Shown in pieces: positions 59,894 to 64,000 of a DNA stretch of 64,000 nucleotides. Origin of the DNA: Gelidibacter sp. (lineage in GTDB: Bacteria > Bacteroidota > Bacteroidia > Flavobacteriales > Flavobacteriaceae); the NCBI GenBank assembly GCA_010906935.1, contig JAAFHC010000001.1, positions 3,157 to 67,156 on the forward strand. Reading direction: 5' to 3'. The translations under genes were made by a program, and so were the position numbers. Numbering within the stretch: position 1 is the stretch's first letter; every line of letters starts with the position of its first letter. Below the pieces are notes generated by a model, which saw only the letters and a list, made by a program, of their open reading frames with translations, did no database searches and had not been told where the DNA came from.

Positions 59894-62863
59894 ATGTATT
59901 TGAACACGCACTCATATTATAGTTTAAAATACGGCACAATAGCGCCGGAAGCCTTATTGCAAATGGCATTTGAGCATAGTATTACTGCAATGGCATTGAC
60001 CGATATAAACAGTACTTCGGCCAACTTGGATTTTGTGCGTTTGGCTCCAAAATACAATATAAAACCTATTTTGGGCGTAGATTTCAGAAATGGTGCACAA
60101 CAACAATTTGTGATGTTGGCAAAAAATAATGAGGCTTTGCAGCAACTTAATAAATACCTGTCGGAATTTTTGCATTTGGATAAAATAACGATTCCAAAAC
60201 GTGCAAAATACATTCCGGATACTTATGTAATTTATCCGTATCAAAATACGCTGATGGATCTTGAAGAAAATGAATTTATGGGCGTGAAACCTTCCGATTT
60301 AAATCAGTTGAAGTTTTCAAAATGGCAATTTAATCAGGAAAAATTGGTGGTGTTGCAAACGGTTTCATTTCAACATAAAAAAGGATTTAACACGCACCGA
60401 TTGTTGCGTGCCATTAACAACAATGTTTTGCTCAGCAAACTGCCAAAATCGGAGCAGGGAGAGGTGACGGACGTTATGATTTCTGAAAAAGCGTTGAAAG
60501 ATATTTTTGAAGAATATCCGCAAATTATTGAAAATACACAGCGTATTTTAGACAATTGCCACATCAGTTTTGATTTTTCTAAAAATGCACCTAAAAATCA
60601 GAAAACTTACAGCAACAATAAAGAACTAGATTTTAAACTGCTAAAAAAACTGGCGTATGACGGATTAAATTATCGATATAAAAAATTAGGTAAACGTGTA
60701 TTTACCCGGTTGGAAAAAGAGCTTGAAATGATTAGGGAAAAGCAATTTGTTTCTTACTTTTTAATCAATTGGAAAATATTGAAATATGCCAGAAGCAAAA
60801 AGTATTACTACGTTGGCAGAGGAAGCGGCGCCAACAGTATTGTGGCGTATTTGTTGCGAATTACCGATGTTGATCCCATAGAACTGGATTTATATTTTGA
60901 ACGTTTTATCAATTTGCACAGAATAAATCCGCCCGATTTCGACTTGGATTTTTCCTGGCGCGACCGGGATGATGTGATGAATTTTATTTTTGGCCGATTT
61001 AAAAACACGTCGTTGATTGCCGTTTACAACACCTTTAAATACAGAGCTTCGGTTAGGGAATTGGGGAAAGTTTTTGGATTGCCGAAAGAAGAAATAGATA
61101 AGCTTTCTATGAGGAATTTTAACCCAAATGAATTGGATGACTTGTCTAAATTGGTATTGGTTTACAGCAAATACATTCAGGGATTTCCAAATTATTTGGG
61201 CATTCATCCCGGTGGAATTTTAATCTCTGAAAAGCCAATAGATTATTATACAGCTACTTATTTACCGCCAAAAGGATTTTCGACTACGATGTTTGATATG
61301 GTTGTGGCAGAAGATATTGGCTTGTACAAATTTGATATTTTAAGTCAGCGCGGATTGGGAAAAATAAGGGAAGCGGTTGACATTGTAAAATACAACCAAC
61401 CAAATCATCCCGATATTGACATTCACGACATCAAACGATTTAAGGAAGATTCAAAAATTAAATGCCTGCTGAAAAACGCGAAGGCAATAGGCTGTTTTTA
61501 TGTGGAATCTCCCGCGATGCGGATGTTGTTGAAAAAGTTGCAGGTTGATAATTATTTGGGATTGGTGGCCGCAAGTTCCGTAATTCGCCCGGGCGTTGCA
61601 AAATCGGGGATGATGCGGGAGTATATTTTGAGATACAGAAATCCTGAGCGCAGAAAAGAGGCAAATCCGATATTGCTTAAAATTATGCCAGAAACTTATG
61701 GCGTGATGGTTTATCAGGAAGATGTGATCAAAGTGGCGCACCATTTTGGTGGTTTAAGTTTGGGAGAAGCGGATATGTTGCGGCGCGGGATGAGTGGAAA
61801 ATTCAGGTCGAAAGAGGAATTTTCAAAAGTGAAGGACCAGTTTTTTGAAAATTGTAAAAACCAAGGGCATAATTATGAGTTAACTGCTGAAATTTGGCGA
61901 CAAATTGAGAGTTTTGCAGGTTACGCTTTTGCCAAAGGCCATTCGGCTTCCTATGCTGTTGAAAGCTACCAAAGCTTGTTTTTAAAAGCCTATTATCCGT
62001 TGGAATACTTAGTGGCGACACTCAATAATTTCGGCGGATTTTACCAGCCGGAATATTATATGCACGAAGCACGTATGAACGGAGCAATTATCCATCCGCC
62101 AACCATTAACAAGTCTCATTATCAAAACTATATCGAAGGTCATCATATTTATTTGGGTTTTATGATGCTGGAAAGTTTTGAATTGAAAAATGCCACAAAA
62201 ATTGTGAACGAGCGAGAAAAAAACGGCTTGTTTTTAGATTTGGACGATTTTATAGAAAGGGTCGTCATTTCGTTGGAACAGCTTTCCATTTTAATTAAAA
62301 TAAATGCCTTTCAGTTTACAGGGAGAAATAAACGCGAATTGTTATGGGAAGCTTATATGAAAGTGAATAAAGTGTGTTTGGAAGAATATGTTTCTACACT
62401 TTTTAAATCGGAAAAAATGGTGTACAACACGCCACAACTCAGTTGTAGCAGTTTTGAAGATGCGTTTGATGAAATTCAATATCTCGGTTTTCCGTTGTGT
62501 AGTCCGTTTGATTTATTGTTGCAACCCATTCATCAACAATTGGTTGCAAGTGATTTGGCGCATTACATTGAGAAAATTGTTACGGTTTATGGTTATTATG
62601 TTACGGCAAAAAGAGTAAGCACTTCCAAAGGAGATCTTATGTATTTTGGAAATTTTGTGGATGTAAAAGGAGACCATATTGATACGGTCCATTTTCCGCC
62701 GGCCGTAAAAAAATATCCATTTAAAGGAAGAGGCGTGTATGAATTAACGGGAAAAGTTACGGAGGAATTTGATTGTATCACGGTTGAAATAGAAAGAATG
62801 GAAAAACTGGCAATTATTCAGGATCCCAGATATGAAGATATCACTAAAAAAGCAGTAGTATGA
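59894..62863 (+). CDS. dnaE2: DnaE2-type (error-prone) DNA polymerase III alpha-like subunit
   Basis: 989 aa. N-terminal PHP domain (MYLNTHSYYSLKYGT), palm/fingers (GIHPGGILIS, YVESPAMRML, FAGYAFAKGHSASYA) and a C-terminal OB fold. No long C-terminal tau-binding extension. Confidence 0.85.
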   Translation: MYLNTHSYYSLKYGTIAPEALLQMAFEHSITAMALTDINSTSANLDFVRLAPKYNIKPILGVDFRNGAQQQFVMLAKNNEALQQLNKYLSEFLHLDKITIPKRAKYIPDTYVIYPYQNTLMDLEENEFMGVKPSDLNQLKFSKWQFNQEKLVVLQTVSFQHKKGFNTHRLLRAINNNVLLSKLPKSEQGEVTDVMISEKALKDIFEEYPQIIENTQRILDNCHISFDFSKNAPKNQKTYSNNKELDFKLLKKLAYDGLNYRYKKLGKRVFTRLEKELEMIREKQFVSYFLINWKILKYARSKKYYYVGRGSGANSIVAYLLRITDVDPIELDLYFERFINLHRINPPDFDLDFSWRDRDDVMNFIFGRFKNTSLIAVYNTFKYRASVRELGKVFGLPKEEIDKLSMRNFNPNELDDLSKLVLVYSKYIQGFPNYLGIHPGGILISEKPIDYYTATYLPPKGFSTTMFDMVVAEDIGLYKFDILSQRGLGKIREAVDIVKYNQPNHPDIDIHDIKRFKEDSKIKCLLKNAKAIGCFYVESPAMRMLLKKLQVDNYLGLVAASSVIRPGVAKSGMMREYILRYRNPERRKEANPILLKIMPETYGVMVYQEDVIKVAHHFGGLSLGEADMLRRGMSGKFRSKEEFSKVKDQFFENCKNQGHNYELTAEIWRQIESFAGYAFAKGHSASYAVESYQSLFLKAYYPLEYLVATLNNFGGFYQPEYYMHEARMNGAIIHPPTINKSHYQNYIEGHHIYLGFMMLESFELKNATKIVNEREKNGLFLDLDDFIERVVISLEQLSILIKINAFQFTGRNKRELLWEAYMKVNKVCLEEYVSTLFKSEKMVYNTPQLSCSSFEDAFDEIQYLGFPLCSPFDLLLQPIHQQLVASDLAHYIEKIVTVYGYYVTAKRVSTSKGDLMYFGNFVDVKGDHIDTVHFPPAVKKYPFKGRGVYELTGKVTEEFDCITVEIERMEKLAIIQDPRYEDITKKAVV

Positions 62864-64000
62864 ATACATTAGAACGTTCTATTGTACATATGGATTTAGA
62901 CACTTTTTTTGTGTCCTGCGAACGCGTAATCGACAGCAAATTAGAAGGGAAGCCCATATTAATTGGCGGAATTTCCGATAGAGGTGTGGTGGCTTCTTGC
63001 AGTTATGAAGCCCGGAAATATGGCGTTCATTCGGCAATGCCCATGCGCATGGCAAAACAATTATGTCCGGAAGCCATTGTATTACGAGGCAATTCGGGGA
63101 TTTATACTAAATTTTCAAAACTAGTTACCGATGTGATTCATGAATCGGTTCCTTTGTATGAAAAAGCTTCCATAGACGAATTTTATATAGATTTAACGGG
63201 AACGGACAAGTTTTTTGGCTGTCATCAACTGGCTTCAGAATTAAGAAGTAAAATTATAAAAGAAACCGGATTGCCCATTTCTTTCGGCTTGTCCGTAAAT
63301 AAAACCGTTTCAAAAATCGCCACGGGAGAAGCAAAACCCAACAATGAAATGAAAATAAACAGCGGTACCGAAAAGTTTTTTTTGGCACCGCTTTCTGTGC
63401 GAAAAATTCCTATGGTGGGCGAAAAAACCTATAATATATTGTGCGACTTAGGGATTAAACGCATACAAACCGTTCAGGAAATGCCGGTTGGCATGATGAC
63501 TAAAGTTTTTGGGAAACAGGGTAGCGGCATTTGGAAAAAAGCAAATGGTATAGACAATTCCCCGGTGATAAAATACCATGAACGAAAATCTATTTCATCG
63601 GAAAATACTTTTGATAAAGACACCACAGATCTTGAAAAACTAAAAAGCAATATTGTTTCCATGACAGAAAATTTGATTTTTCAGTTGCGAAGAAGCAATA
63701 AATTAACCGCGTGCATTACTTTTAAAATTCGCTATTCCGATTTTCAAACGTATACAAAACAAAAGAAAATAGCGTACAGTTCTTCAGACCATTCTATTTT
63801 ACCAATTGTTATGGAACTTTATAACAGCTTGTACCAAAGGCGGTTATTGGTCAGATTGATAGGCGTTAAGTTTAGCGATTTGGTAAGTGGCGGACAGCAA
63901 ATTAATTTGTTTGAAGACAATGCCAAAATGGTGAATTTATACCAAGCCATGGATAAAATGCGAGAACGTTATGGAGATAAGGCGGTTGTGCGGGCAATAA
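62860..64000 (+). CDS. dinB: Y-family DNA polymerase (Pol IV/DinB-like); 3' end runs off the window
   Basis: Translated by hand from the ATG at 62860 (ATGA overlap with the dnaE2 stop) and open to the window end, 380 codons. Catalytic motifs are intact: HMDLDTFFVSCE, SIDEFYIDLTG and GLSVNKTVSKIATGEAKPN. Confidence 0.88.
   Translation, partial: MNTLERSIVHMDLDTFFVSCERVIDSKLEGKPILIGGISDRGVVASCSYEARKYGVHSAMPMRMAKQLCPEAIVLRGNSGIYTKFSKLVTDVIHESVPLYEKASIDEFYIDLTGTDKFFGCHQLASELRSKIIKETGLPISFGLSVNKTVSKIATGEAKPNNEMKINSGTEKFFLAPLSVRKIPMVGEKTYNILCDLGIKRIQTVQEMPVGMMTKVFGKQGSGIWKKANGIDNSPVIKYHERKSISSENTFDKDTTDLEKLKSNIVSMTENLIFQLRRSNKLTACITFKIRYSDFQTYTKQKKIAYSSSDHSILPIVMELYNSLYQRRLLVRLIGVKFSDLVSGGQQINLFEDNAKMVNLYQAMDKMRERYGDKAVVRAI

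Noticed and set aside
59894-64000. Classical imuA-imuB-dnaE2 mutagenesis cassette
   Set aside because: The gene order is reversed, no imuA-like ORF is present, and the Y-family protein keeps all catalytic acidic residues, unlike ImuB. It is reported instead as a variant module.

Overview
This is an AT-rich chromosomal segment with the hallmarks of a Flavobacteriia (Bacteroidota) genome: long-form NusB, DUF1573 lipoproteins, TonB-dependent receptors, TAnnTTTG -7 promoter boxes, and ~620/890-aa ParE/ParC. It holds about 58 tightly packed protein genes, almost all core housekeeping. These include sucC, nusB, yajC, coaE, tsaC, holA, rdgB, rlmH, nadC, kdsB, hisS, folE, manA, murB, valS, ychF, parE, parC and guaB. 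I found no rRNA, tRNA, CRISPR array, integrase, transposase or phage structural gene, and I saw no compositional island. One cis-regulatory RNA is clear: a cobalamin riboswitch (about 49695-49880) in front of a BtuB-like TonB-dependent receptor. I do not see a clear-cut new multi-gene defence-type system. Four things most deserve a second look. (1) A compact divergent SOS-type island at the 3' end (57.6-64 kb): a CI-like HTH+S24 repressor and a DnaQ-exonuclease/GIY-YIG fusion on one strand, and a DnaE2-like polymerase translationally coupled to a catalytically intact Y-family polymerase on the other, with GCTAA-based palindromes in the shared promoter region. (2) A ~100-117 bp structured intergenic element present three times within 17 kb. 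(3) Several families of AT-rich 'word' tandem repeats filling intergenic regions. (4) A porin / secreted FMN-binding (SGAT flavinylation motif) / 4-TM His-containing membrane protein cluster preceded by duplicated 23-bp near-palindromes. All functional calls rest on motif recognition by eye; no database search was run.
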